The notes: generated by a model not told the origin, from the sequence alone. A stretch of DNA of 64,000 nt from Oscillospiraceae bacterium (GCA_016296565.1 JAEDJB010000001.1:252-64251), one strand, 5' to 3'. Positions 41,399 through 51,215 are shown, numbered from the stretch's first letter. Program-made: numbers and translations.

Positions 41399-41900
41399 CT
41401 TCTTCGCCGGGTTCGTTTTCCTGAAGGGTCACAGCCTGGGCGTCTCCGGCGGTGAGGCGCTGGTGGTCCCGGTAGGGGATCAACTCTCCCTCCGCGGTGA
41501 TCATCACCGCCTCCACCTTCTCCAGCTGGGTGAGGGTAAGCACCACGCTGTAATCGGCTAGGGTCAAGTCGATTCCCGACAGGCTGGCGTAGCGGCTGGA
41601 AAAGTCCACCGTCAGCAGGCCGCCGTTCAGCTCCCACCCCCGCAGGGTGACGCTGCTGGGGATGACGGCGGTGAGGTCCTCTCCCGACGGCCCTTCCAGC
41701 AGGCGATCCAGCAGGCCCTGGATAGGGTCCTCCTCCGGGTCCAGGGTGCAGGCTTCCGGGACCAGGGCGGAGGAGCTTCCCGTCTCCCGGCTGAGAAAGT
41801 ACACCTGGTACACGTTCTCCCCCTCCTGCTTTCCGGCGCAGCCGGCGGCCGGCAGCAGGGTCAACAGGGCCAGGATCAGAGCCAGTATGCGGTGTTTCAT
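41394..41900 (-). CDS. GerMN-domain lipoprotein
   Basis: Lipobox AAGC, LLEGP, TVDFS, SVVLTLTQ...V..V. Confidence 0.82.
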   Translation of the reverse strand: MKHRILALILALLTLLPAAGCAGKQEGENVYQVYFLSRETGSSSALVPEACTLDPEEDPIQGLLDRLLEGPSGEDLTAVIPSSVTLRGWELNGGLLTVDFSSRYASLSGIDLTLADYSVVLTLTQLEKVEAVMITAEGELIPYRDHQRLTAGDAQAVTLQENEPGEEE

Positions 41901-43330
41901 CCGTCCGCCACCTCCTCTGTCCAGGCCGGAAGGGTGACGGTAAAGACCACCCCGGCCGTTTCTCCGGGGGCCACCGAAATCTGACCCCCGTGGAGCCGCA
42001 CCGTGTCCTGGACGATGGACAGACCCAGACCGGTGCCTCCGGCGGCCCGGGACCGGGCCTTGTCCACTCGGTAGAACCGCTGGAAGATCTTGTCCATCTC
42101 CTCCCGGGGGATGCCCACGCCGGTGTCGGCCACCTCCAGGCAGACGGTATCCTCCACCCGGCGGGTGGTGATGATCACCCGTCCCCCGGGCACATTGTAC
42201 TTGATGGCGTTTTCCATCAGGTTACGGAAAATCTGGTTCACGTCCTCCCGGCCGCACTTGGCCACACACCCCTCGCCCAGGTGGGTCTCCAGGGTGACCT
42301 GGGCCTCCTCCGCCAGGGGCTGGAGCATCCGGCAGGTCCGCTCCGCCTCCCGGTTGACCTCCACCGGCTCCCGGGTAACGGTGCGCCCCTCGTCCAGGCG
42401 GTTGAGGGCCAGCAGCTCCTGGCTGATGTGGATCAGCCGGTCGGCCGCCTCGCCGATGTCCCCCACAAACTCCCGGGCGGTCTCCTGGTCAATGTTCTCG
42501 TCCTGGAGAATGGAGTCGGTGAGCAGGCGGATGGAAGCCAGGGGGGTTTTCAGTTCATGGGAGGCGTCGGAGACGAACCGCCGCCGTTCCTCCTCCGTTG
42601 CCTGCAGGCGGCCGGTGAGCTGGTTGAACTCATCCGCCAGCTGGCCGAGCTCATCGTGGCCCGCCATGGTGATCCGGTGGGTGTACTCCCCTTCCCGCAC
42701 CCGGCGGATGCCCGCCAGAAGTGTGTTCACCCGCCCGGTGAACATCCGGGAAAAGGCAGCAAACAGACCCAGCACCGCCAGGCACACCACCAGGGAGATC
42801 ATGCGCAGATTGTGCTGAAGCTCTCCCAGCAGCAGGCCCTGGCCGCTGTCGGTTTCGTACAGGCACACCGCCCCCACCACGTTGTTCCGGGTCATAATTG
42901 GGGAGGCGGCCCGGCTGTAAAAGGTGTTGTCCACATACTGGCTGGCAAAGGCGTCGTTGCCCCGCAGGGCGGAGGCCACCTCGCCGGTGAGGGCGTATTT
43001 TCCCGTAAGCGCCCCCTCTGTGTCGTAGAGGACCAAGCCGGCCTGGTCGGTGACCAGCACCCGCTGCACCTCCAGGTCATCCAGGGGGGTGATGGCCTGC
43101 TCCACGGTTTCGGGGGTGAGCTCGTCGGCGGTGGTGAGGGTGTTGGTAATGAGCACCGCCTGGTTCTGCAGGGCGGTCTGCTGGGAGCGGAACATCAGGT
43201 TCTGACTCATAATCAGCGGGTAGGTGTTCAGCAGGATCAGCAGAGCCGCAATGATCACGGCGTACCCCAGGGCTAAACGCAGCTGGAGGGAACGGGTGAC
43301 CTTCAGCCGGCCTGTTTGGTGGTTTTTCAT
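41897..43330 (-). CDS. Sensor histidine kinase (2 TM, HAMP)
   Basis: ASHELKTPL, NLMENAIKY, DTGVGI, FYRVDKARSR, GGTGLGL. Confidence 0.94.
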   Translation of the reverse strand: MKNHQTGRLKVTRSLQLRLALGYAVIIAALLILLNTYPLIMSQNLMFRSQQTALQNQAVLITNTLTTADELTPETVEQAITPLDDLEVQRVLVTDQAGLVLYDTEGALTGKYALTGEVASALRGNDAFASQYVDNTFYSRAASPIMTRNNVVGAVCLYETDSGQGLLLGELQHNLRMISLVVCLAVLGLFAAFSRMFTGRVNTLLAGIRRVREGEYTHRITMAGHDELGQLADEFNQLTGRLQATEEERRRFVSDASHELKTPLASIRLLTDSILQDENIDQETAREFVGDIGEAADRLIHISQELLALNRLDEGRTVTREPVEVNREAERTCRMLQPLAEEAQVTLETHLGEGCVAKCGREDVNQIFRNLMENAIKYNVPGGRVIITTRRVEDTVCLEVADTGVGIPREEMDKIFQRFYRVDKARSRAAGGTGLGLSIVQDTVRLHGGQISVAPGETAGVVFTVTLPAWTEEVADG

Positions 43331-43355
43331 GGGTCCCCGCCTCCTCTCCCGGCGA

Positions 43356-44051
43356 TCATTCTCCGGCAAAATAGTACCCTACCCCCCACTTGGTGCGGAT
43401 GAGCGCGGGGTTGGCCGGGTCCTGCTCCACCTTCTCCCGCAGGCGGCGGATGTGCACGTCCACAGTGCGGTACTCCCCGGTGTAGGCATAGCCCCAGACC
43501 TGGTTCAATAGCTGCTCCCGGCTGTACACCCGCTGGGGGTGCTTCATAAGAAGCTCCAGCAGGTCAAACTCCCGGGCAGTGAGCTCCACCGGTTCCCCCT
43601 CCTTCCAGGTGCTCCGGGAGGCGCTGTCGATGGTGAGCCCCCCCAGGGAGAGCTTTCCCGACTCCGCTTCCTGTGCCTGCCGCCGGGGGGCCGAGGACCG
43701 GCGGAGCAGGGCCTTCACCCGGGCCTTGACCTCCAGAATGTTGAAGGGCTTGGTGATATAGTCGTCCGCCCCGTACTCAAAGCCCAGGAGTTTGTCCGTG
43801 TCCTCCCCCCGGGCGGTGAGCATGATGATGGGCACGGAGGAAAAGGAGCGGATCTCCATGCAGGCCTCCAGGCCGTCCAGTTCCGGCATCATCAGGTCCA
43901 GAATAATGAGGTCATACTCCGTGGCCCGGGCCATATCCACCGCCTGGCGGCCGTTGTAGCCCACGTCCACCTGGTAGCCCTCGTTCTCCAGGTTGAACCG
44001 GATGCCCTTGACCATGACCTTTTCGTCATCTACCACTAGGATTTTTGCCAA
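43356..44051 (-). CDS. OmpR/PhoB-family response regulator
   Basis: ILVVDDE, DLMMP, GADDYITKPF, RTVDVHIRRLR, WGVGY. Confidence 0.95.
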   Translation of the reverse strand: MAKILVVDDEKVMVKGIRFNLENEGYQVDVGYNGRQAVDMARATEYDLIILDLMMPELDGLEACMEIRSFSSVPIIMLTARGEDTDKLLGFEYGADDYITKPFNILEVKARVKALLRRSSAPRRQAQEAESGKLSLGGLTIDSASRSTWKEGEPVELTAREFDLLELLMKHPQRVYSREQLLNQVWGYAYTGEYRTVDVHIRRLREKVEQDPANPALIRTKWGVGYYFAGE

Positions 44052-44477
44052 TCAGCTTCCTCCTTCCTCTGCCGCCGGTTCCCCGACGGTCACATAGGGC
44101 CGCAGACTCTCCAGGGTCTTTTCCCCGATTCCGTCCACAGCCACGAGATCTTCCACGGTCTGAAAGGAACCGTACTCCTGCCGCCAGGCGACAATGGCCG
44201 CCGCCTTCGTCTCGCCAATGCCGGGCAGGCGGGTCAGCTCCGTCTGGGAGGCCGTGTTCAGGTTCAGAACCTCCCCCTCCAGCAGCCCGGGCGCCTCCGG
44301 CGCTTCCGGCGTTTCCGCCAGAATCTGGGGCTCCGGGTCCTGACGCTCGGTCACAACGGTTACCCCTTCTTTGGGTTGGGCCAAGCCAAACCACAGCAGG
44401 GTTCCCCCCACAAAGAGGAGGGTCAGCAGGAGCACAATCCCTTCCAGCTTGGAAATTTTGAGAAATTTTCCCGCCAT
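44052..44477 (-). CDS. comEA: ComEA-family helix-hairpin-helix DNA-binding membrane protein
   Basis: N-terminal TM, NLNTASQTELTRLPGIG...VDGIGEKT. Confidence 0.85.
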   Translation of the reverse strand: MAGKFLKISKLEGIVLLLTLLFVGGTLLWFGLAQPKEGVTVVTERQDPEPQILAETPEAPEAPGLLEGEVLNLNTASQTELTRLPGIGETKAAAIVAWRQEYGSFQTVEDLVAVDGIGEKTLESLRPYVTVGEPAAEEGGS

Positions 44478-44605
44478 TGTCTGCCTCCCCCATTGCGTCT
44501 TGTGTCGAGCTTTGGTATAATTTTAGTTCTAAGGTATTGCACTTTACCGCCCTGATTTTCCGGCGGTTTCCTGATATATTATAGCACGGGATGTGGATGT
44601 TTCCT

Positions 44606-46609
44606 ATGAAAAAAACGCTGATTCGCGCCATTTCTTTCTGCCTGACCTTGTGCCTGCTGACCGGCCTGCTCACCCCCCTGGCCGGGGCAGTGGAGTACGA
44701 GGGGATTGAACCCATTACGGTGAACGCCACCGCCGCCCTGCTGGTGGATCTGGACACCGACCAGGTCCTGCTGGAGCAGAGCGCCGACGAAACCCGCTAT
44801 CCCGCCAGCATCACCAAAATCATGACCGCTTTGCTCACCCTGGAGGCTGTGGGCCGGGGGGAGCTGAGCCTGGACACCGTGGTCACCGTCCCGGCAGAGG
44901 CTCTCACGGATATTACCGAGGACTCCTCCACCGCCAACCTGGTGGCAGGGGAAGAAATCACCGTGAAGAACCTGCTCTACTGCCTGCTGGTGGTCTCCGC
45001 CAACGAGGCCGCCAACACCCTGGCCATTGCCGTTTCCGGGGACGTTCCCACCTTCGTGGAGCAGATGAACCAGCGGGCCGCAGAGCTGGGGATGGAGAAC
45101 ACCCACTTTGCAAACCCCCACGGCCTGCACAACTCAGACCACTACACCACCGCCAGGGACATCTACAAAATGGCCAAGGAGGCCATGGCCCACCCTTCCT
45201 TCCGGGAGATCGTCTCCACGGGCCAGTATACCGTCCCCGCCACCAACAAGTCCGAGGCCCGGGTGCTCTACAACACCAACGGCCTGCTGGCCCGGTACAA
45301 GTATTACGGCTATGAGTACTCCGGCACCATCGGCATCAAAACCGGCAGCACCCCTGAGGCGGGCTACTGCCTGGTGACCGCCGCCAAGAAGAAGGGGCAC
45401 ACCCTGGTCTCCGTGGTGCTGGGCTGCCAGAACCCGACAGACGCCAACGGAAAGGTCCAGCGGCTCCAGTTCACCGAGAGCCGCCGTCTGCTGGACTGGG
45501 GCTTTACCAACTTCTCCTCCGCCACCCTGCTGAACGCGGACACCTACCTGGAGGAGGTCCCGGTGAAGTACTCCTCCCAGGCCAGCCATGTGGTTCTGAA
45601 GCCCGCCCAGTCGGTCACCACCCTGATCCCCGGGGAGTATGACGAAGAGAAGCTGGACCTGCGCCTCACCTTAAACAGCGCCACCGCCAAGGCCCCCATC
45701 TCCAAGGGAGATGTGCTGGGCTCCGTGGCCGTGATCTACGGCGGGGAGCAGTACGCCACCGTAGACATGGTAGCGGTGAGCGACATTTCCCTCTCCCCCT
45801 TCCTGGCCTTCATTGACAGTGTCAACGCCGTGCTGGGCAACCTCTTCGTCCGGATTCTGCTGGCTCTGGCCCTGATCTTCTTTGCCGTGGGTGTGGTCCG
45901 CCGCCTCCGCAACCAGCAGGCCCAGACCCGGAAGGAAGCCCGCTTGCAGCGCCAGGAGGAAAAGAAGCAGGAGGCCATCGCCCGCCATCAGCGGGAGGAG
46001 GCTGCCTATGCCCAGAAAATGCAGGAGCAGGAGCGCCGCCGCCAGGAAAAGGATCTCCAGCGCCAGGAGGAAGAGGAACGCCGCCGGCAGGAGAAAGAGC
46101 GCCAGCGGCAGGAACAGGAACAGCGCCGCCTGGAACACCAGCGGCAGCGGGAAGAGGAAGCCCGCCGCCGGGAGGTGGAACATGCGCTTCGCCGCCAGGA
46201 GAAAGAGCGCCAGCGGCAGGAACAGGAGCGCCGCCGGGAGCAGGAGCGTCAGCGCCGGGAGCAGGAACGCCGCCGACAGGAGCAGGAACGCCAGCGGCAG
46301 GAACAGGAGCGCCGCCGACAAGAGCAGGAACGCCGCCGCCGGGAAGCCGAGTACCGCCGGCAGGAACAGGAATACCGCCGCCAGCAGGAGCGTCAGCGCC
46401 GGGAACAGGAGTACCGCCGCCAGGAGCAGGAACGCCAGCGCCGGGAGCAGGAGCGCCGCTGGCAGGAACAGCAGCACCAGCTCTGGGAGCAGGAACGCCG
46501 CCGACAGGAGCAGGAGCGCCGCCGGCGGGAACAGGCCTATCGGGAGGATTCCCGAAACTCTGCCCCATCCTCAAAGGGACGGGACCACCGGCCCAACAGC
46601 CGGCGGTAA
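44606..46609 (+). CDS. D-alanyl-D-alanine carboxypeptidase (S11) with TM helix and long E/R/Q-rich tail
   Basis: Signal peptide, SITK, SAN and KTG motifs, PBP5_C domain, TM helix, then about 200 aa low-complexity tail. Confidence 0.9.
   Translation: MKKTLIRAISFCLTLCLLTGLLTPLAGAVEYEGIEPITVNATAALLVDLDTDQVLLEQSADETRYPASITKIMTALLTLEAVGRGELSLDTVVTVPAEALTDITEDSSTANLVAGEEITVKNLLYCLLVVSANEAANTLAIAVSGDVPTFVEQMNQRAAELGMENTHFANPHGLHNSDHYTTARDIYKMAKEAMAHPSFREIVSTGQYTVPATNKSEARVLYNTNGLLARYKYYGYEYSGTIGIKTGSTPEAGYCLVTAAKKKGHTLVSVVLGCQNPTDANGKVQRLQFTESRRLLDWGFTNFSSATLLNADTYLEEVPVKYSSQASHVVLKPAQSVTTLIPGEYDEEKLDLRLTLNSATAKAPISKGDVLGSVAVIYGGEQYATVDMVAVSDISLSPFLAFIDSVNAVLGNLFVRILLALALIFFAVGVVRRLRNQQAQTRKEARLQRQEEKKQEAIARHQREEAAYAQKMQEQERRRQEKDLQRQEEEERRRQEKERQRQEQEQRRLEHQRQREEEARRREVEHALRRQEKERQRQEQERRREQERQRREQERRRQEQERQRQEQERRRQEQERRRREAEYRRQEQEYRRQQERQRREQEYRRQEQERQRREQERRWQEQQHQLWEQERRRQEQERRRREQAYREDSRNSAPSSKGRDHRPNSRR
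45960..46545 (+). repeat. Degenerate coding tandem repeats (EQERRRQ-like)
   Basis: Many GAGCAGGA(G/A)CGCCGCCG variants. Confidence 0.8.
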
Positions 46610-46660
46610 TCTGCCCTTCCCCATTGCAGTCAAACGTCCATCAAAGAAGGAGGAACTACC

Positions 46661-47395
46661 ATGGATCAAGCGATCACCACGTTACAGAATTGGATTGACG
46701 AGAGCAGCAGCATCGTCTTCTTCGGCGGGGCCGGAGTCTCCACGGAAAGCGGCATCCCTGACTTCCGCAGCGTGGACGGTCTGTACAGCCAGAAGTACGA
46801 CTATCCCCCGGAGACCATCCTCAGCCACAGCTTTTTCGTGAACAATCCCGGGGAGTTCTACAAGTTCTACCGGGACAAAATCCTCATTGAGGGCGCCAAG
46901 CCCAACCCCGCCCACCTGAAGCTGGCGGAGCTGGAGCGGGCCGGAAAGCTCAAGGCTGTGGTCACCCAGAACATCGACGGGCTCCACCAGGCCGCCGGCA
47001 GCAAGGCTGTCTTTGAGCTGCACGGCTCCACCCTGCGCAACTACTGCCCCCGGTGCGGAAGAAAGTTCCCCACCTCCGTCATTGCAAATTCCAAGGGTCT
47101 GCCCTACTGCGACAACGGGGACTGCCGGGGCATCATCCGCCCGGACGTGGTCCTCTATGAGGAGGCCCTGGATGAGAAGGTAATTGCCGGGGCCGTCTCC
47201 GCCATCCGCCAGGCGGATATGCTCATCATCGGCGGCACCTCCCTGGTGGTTTACCCCGCCGCGGGGCTCATCAACTACTACCGGGGCAAGCGCCTGGTGC
47301 TCATCAACAAGTCCCAGACCAGCGCCGACCGCATGGCCAATCTCACCATCAACGCTCCCATCGGGGAGGTCTTCTCCCAGATCCAGGTGCGCTGA
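46661..47395 (+). CDS. cobB: NAD-dependent protein deacylase (sirtuin)
   Basis: GAGVSTESGIPDFR, TQNIDGLH, LHG, four Zn cysteines, GTSLVVYPAA. Confidence 0.93.
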   Translation: MDQAITTLQNWIDESSSIVFFGGAGVSTESGIPDFRSVDGLYSQKYDYPPETILSHSFFVNNPGEFYKFYRDKILIEGAKPNPAHLKLAELERAGKLKAVVTQNIDGLHQAAGSKAVFELHGSTLRNYCPRCGRKFPTSVIANSKGLPYCDNGDCRGIIRPDVVLYEEALDEKVIAGAVSAIRQADMLIIGGTSLVVYPAAGLINYYRGKRLVLINKSQTSADRMANLTINAPIGEVFSQIQVR

Positions 47396-47438
47396 CCCCC
47401 AGGCTCCGGCGCGCCGGCCGGACGAAAGGAGAGATTTC

Positions 47439-48191
47439 ATGGATGTCGAACTGAACATCCTGCAAAAGTGGATTCAAGAAAGTGAAAACATCGTCTTTAT
47501 CTCCGGCAAAGACTTCTCCAAGGAGGCGGGATTTCCCGACTACCGGGAGATGGACGAGGACTTTTTGAAAACCTTCAAGTACACCCCCGATCAGATGCTC
47601 TGCCTGACCTTTCTCCAGCGCTACCCCATGTTCTTCTACCGGTACTACCGGGCCAAGATTCTGGCCCCTGTGCTGGAGGCCAAGCCCAGCCCGGCCCACG
47701 AATTTCTGGCCCGGCTGGAGGAGACAGGCAAGCTGAAGGCCATCCTCACGGTGAACATCGACGGCATCCACCAGGAGGCCGGAAGCAGGGAGGTGCTGGA
47801 GCTGCACGGCTCGGTGATGCGCAGCTGGTGCGCCAAGTGCGAGAAATATCTGGACTTTTTCTACATTGTCGACAGCCCCACTCCCATCCCCTACTGCAAC
47901 GTGGACATGTGCGGCGACTACGTCCGCCCGGACATTGTGCTGAAGGAGGAACCCTATGACCTGGAGCTCATCGGCCGGGCCATGGACTATGTGAAGGCCT
48001 GCGACACCCTCATCATCGACGGTTCGGCCCTGGGAGAGTTCCCGGTGCCCAACCTGATGAAAGCCTATCAGGGCCACAAGCTGGTCCTGATGAACACCGC
48101 CCCCCTGGTTTTTGACTCCCGGGCGGGGCTGACCATCCGCAACAGCGGGTCCTACAGCGAGATCTTCTCTCAGCTCCAGCTGGACCTGTGA
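47439..48191 (+). CDS. Divergent sirtuin paralog with altered NAD-binding motifs
   Basis: Colinear with the upstream sirtuin: GKDFSKEAGFPDYR, TVNIDGIH, LHG, CAKC...CNVDMC, GSAL. Own AAAGGAG RBS. Confidence 0.85.
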   Translation: MDVELNILQKWIQESENIVFISGKDFSKEAGFPDYREMDEDFLKTFKYTPDQMLCLTFLQRYPMFFYRYYRAKILAPVLEAKPSPAHEFLARLEETGKLKAILTVNIDGIHQEAGSREVLELHGSVMRSWCAKCEKYLDFFYIVDSPTPIPYCNVDMCGDYVRPDIVLKEEPYDLELIGRAMDYVKACDTLIIDGSALGEFPVPNLMKAYQGHKLVLMNTAPLVFDSRAGLTIRNSGSYSEIFSQLQLDL

Positions 48192-48222
48192 CACTTTGAC
48201 ACAAGCATAGGAGGCATGTCTT

Positions 48223-49587
48223 TTGGACTACAGGATTGAACACGACACCATGGGCGAGGTGGCCGTCCCGGCGGACCGTCTCTGGGGCGCGCAAACCCAG
48301 CGCAGCTATGAAAACTTCCCCATCGGGGAGGAAAAAATGCCCGATGACCTGATCCGGGCCTTTGCCGTTCTGAAAAAAGCCTGCGCCGCCGCCAACGCCC
48401 GCCTGGGCAAGCTGGACGAAAAGCGCAGCGCCCTCATCCAGACCGCCTGCCAGGACATTCTGGAGGGCAAGCTGGCCGGCCACTTCCCCCTGTCCGTGTG
48501 GCAGACGGGCAGCGGCACCCAGACCAACATGAACCTGAACGAGGTCATCGCCAACTACGGCAATTCCCTGGCCGGGGAGAAGCTGCTCCACCCCAACGAC
48601 CACGTGAACATGTCCCAAAGCTCCAACGACACCTTTCCAACCGCCCTGCACATCTCTGCGGTCACCGCCGTTCACCAGCGGCTGCTGCCCGCTCTGGACG
48701 CCATGGCAGCCTGCCTGGCCCGCCTGGAGGAGGAAAACCGGGACGTGGTGAAAACCGGCCGCACCCATCTGCAGGACGCGGTGCCCATCACCTTCGGCCA
48801 GGAGATCAGCGGCTGGCGGAGCATGCTGGACCACGCCCGGGCCATGATCCTCTCCTCCCTGGACGGTCTGTATGAGCTGGCCCTGGGAGGGACCGCCGTG
48901 GGCACGGGCCTGAACGCCCCGGCAGGCTTTGCCGAGGCCGCGGCGGAAGAGGCCGCCAGCCTTACCGGTCTTCCCTTCCGCACGGCGGAGAACAAGTTCC
49001 ACGCCCTCACCGCCAAGGACGCCCTGGCCTTCTCCCACGGGGCCCTGAAGGCCCTGGCCGCCAACCTCATGAAGATCGCCAACGACGTGCGCTGGCTGGC
49101 CTCCGGCCCCCGGTGCGGCCTGGGGGAGATCTTCATCCCGGAAAACGAGCCCGGCTCCTCCATCATGCCCGGCAAGGTGAACCCCACCCAGTGCGAGGCC
49201 CTCACCATGGTGGCTGTCCAGGTCATGGGCAACGACACGGTGATGGGCCTGGCCGCCTCCCAGGGGAACTTTGAACTGAACGTGTACATGCCCGTGCTGG
49301 CCCTGAACTACCTCCAGTCCGTCCGCCTGCTGGCCGACGGGATGGACTCCTTCACCCGCCGGTGCCTGGAAGGGCTCACCCCCAACAGAGAAAAGATGGC
49401 AGAGAACCTGCACCGGTCCCTTATGACCGTCACCGCCCTCACCCCCCTGGTGGGGTATGAAAACGGGGCCAAAATCGCCAAGAAGGCCCACAAGGAGGAC
49501 ATCTCCCTGAAAGAAGCCGCCGTGGCCCTGGGTCTTTTCACCCCCGAGGCCTTTGACGAGGCATTCCATCCCGAAAAGATGGTGTAA
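48223..49587 (+). CDS. fumC: Class II fumarate hydratase
   Basis: WGAQTQRS, QTGSGTQTNMN, GRTHLQDA, GSSIMPGKVNPTQCE. Confidence 0.96.
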   Translation: MDYRIEHDTMGEVAVPADRLWGAQTQRSYENFPIGEEKMPDDLIRAFAVLKKACAAANARLGKLDEKRSALIQTACQDILEGKLAGHFPLSVWQTGSGTQTNMNLNEVIANYGNSLAGEKLLHPNDHVNMSQSSNDTFPTALHISAVTAVHQRLLPALDAMAACLARLEEENRDVVKTGRTHLQDAVPITFGQEISGWRSMLDHARAMILSSLDGLYELALGGTAVGTGLNAPAGFAEAAAEEAASLTGLPFRTAENKFHALTAKDALAFSHGALKALAANLMKIANDVRWLASGPRCGLGEIFIPENEPGSSIMPGKVNPTQCEALTMVAVQVMGNDTVMGLAASQGNFELNVYMPVLALNYLQSVRLLADGMDSFTRRCLEGLTPNREKMAENLHRSLMTVTALTPLVGYENGAKIAKKAHKEDISLKEAAVALGLFTPEAFDEAFHPEKMV

Positions 49588-49611
49588 TTTACCCTAGAGG
49601 AGGAACCCAAC

Positions 49612-50784
49612 ATGGATATCAGCGCCGAATCTTTGGCCTTACATTACGAACTGAAGGGCAAGCTGGAGGTGGTCTCCCGCTATCCCGTGAAAACCCAGAA
49701 GGACCTGTCCCTGGCCTACACCCCCGGGGTGGCCGCTCCCTGCCTGGAAATCCAGAAGGACCCCTCCAAGTCCTTCGCCCTCACCCGCCGCCAGAACATG
49801 GTGGCCGTCATCACCGACGGCTCCGCCGTTCTGGGGCTGGGGAACATCGGTCCCGAGGCGGGCATGCCCGTCATGGAGGGCAAGTGCGTCCTCTTCAAGG
49901 AGTTTGCCGGGGTGGACGCCTTCCCCCTGTGCGTAGACACCCAGGACGTGGACGAGATGGTAAAAACCATCGCCCTCATTTCCAAGAGCTTCGGGGGCAT
50001 CAACCTGGAGGACATCTCCGCCCCCCGGTGCTTTGAGGTGGAGCGCCGCCTGAAGGAAGTCTGCGACATTCCCGTGTTCCACGACGACCAGCACGGCACC
50101 GCCGTGGTCATCACCGCCGCCCTCACCAACGCCCTGAAGGTGGTGGGCAAGAAGAAGGAAGAGGTGCGGGTGGTCATCAACGGCATCGGGGCCGCCGGCA
50201 GCGCCGCCGCCCGGCTGCTGCTGGACCTGGGCTTTGCCAACATGACCCTCTGCGACAAGGACGGCATCCTCTGGGAGGGCGACCCCAGCCTGTCTCCCCA
50301 CCACGCCGAGCTGGCAGCCCGGACCAACCGGGAGGGCCGCAAAGGCTCCCTGGCCGACGCTCTGGTGGGCGCCGACGTGTTTATCGGCGTCTCCCGCCCC
50401 GGTCTTGTCACCGGGGAGATGGTGGAGACCATGGCCAAGGACCCCATCATTCTGGCCATGGCAAACCCGGTGCCGGAGATCATGCCCGACGTAGCCAAGG
50501 CCCACGGGGCCGCCGTGGTGGGTACCGGCCGCTCGGACTTCCCCAACCAGATCAACAACGTGCTGGTCTTCCCCGGCCTGTTCAAGGGCGCGCTGTCCTG
50601 CGGGGCCGTGCAGATCACCGAGGGCATGAAACACGCCGCCGCCAAGGCACTGGCGGACATGGTGCCCCCGGAACAGCTCTCCGCGGAGTACATTCTCCCC
50701 TCCCCCCTGAACCGGGACGCCGCCCAGGCGGTGGCCGATGCGGTGGCAGGAGAAGCCCGCCGGGCGGGGATCGCCAGATTCTGA
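49612..50784 (+). CDS. NAD(P)-dependent malic enzyme (short type)
   Basis: AYTPGVA, PVMEGK, NLEDI, FHDDQHGT, GRSDFPNQINN. Confidence 0.93.
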   Translation: MDISAESLALHYELKGKLEVVSRYPVKTQKDLSLAYTPGVAAPCLEIQKDPSKSFALTRRQNMVAVITDGSAVLGLGNIGPEAGMPVMEGKCVLFKEFAGVDAFPLCVDTQDVDEMVKTIALISKSFGGINLEDISAPRCFEVERRLKEVCDIPVFHDDQHGTAVVITAALTNALKVVGKKKEEVRVVINGIGAAGSAAARLLLDLGFANMTLCDKDGILWEGDPSLSPHHAELAARTNREGRKGSLADALVGADVFIGVSRPGLVTGEMVETMAKDPIILAMANPVPEIMPDVAKAHGAAVVGTGRSDFPNQINNVLVFPGLFKGALSCGAVQITEGMKHAAAKALADMVPPEQLSAEYILPSPLNRDAAQAVADAVAGEARRAGIARF

Positions 50785-50795
50785 TTAACCTAAGA

Positions 50796-50826
50796 AAAAG
50801 GGAGCGCCAAAAGGCGCTCCCTTTGT
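50796..50826. terminator. Bidirectional terminator
   Basis: AAAGGGAGCGCC-AAAA-GGCGCTCCCTTT. Confidence 0.75.
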
Positions 50827-50829
50827 TTC

Positions 50830-51081
50830 TTATTCGGTTTTTTTCGGCTCCTTGGCCGGGGCCTTTTCCGCCAGCTTCTGAGCCTTGCGGCGGGCGGCCT
50901 CCTTGTCCACTTCCTCCTCCATCCACAGCTGGAAGTCCATGCTGTCCATGTCGAAGTAGTGCTTCTCTTCGCCGTCTTCCCCGGGCTCCTCGTCCTCCGT
51001 GGGCAAACCGAAGCCCAGCATAGCCAGGTCCAGGTCGTCCAGGGAGGTCATGCCGCCGAGCTTATCCCAGTCCTTGTCCAT
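50830..51081 (-). CDS. Small acidic hypothetical protein (83 aa)
   Basis: AAGGAGG RBS, TG-N-TATACT promoter upstream, terminator downstream. Confidence 0.6.
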   Translation of the reverse strand: MDKDWDKLGGMTSLDDLDLAMLGFGLPTEDEEPGEDGEEKHYFDMDSMDFQLWMEEEVDKEAARRKAQKLAEKAPAKEPKKTE

Positions 51082-51215
51082 GTGCTGCACCTCCTTGGGT
51101 CATTTCTTTGTAGTATAGCACAGATCCGCCCTATTGTCACGGCCTTTGTGGGAATTCCCCTGTCCTCTCCCCCCTTGCCCCGGGGATTTTATGGAGAAAT
51201 ACCACAGCCGCCCCC

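Noticed and set aside
45960..46545. Repetitive DNA considered as a CRISPR array
   Set aside because: Degenerate in-frame coding repeats without constant repeats or unique spacers, and no cas genes in the window.
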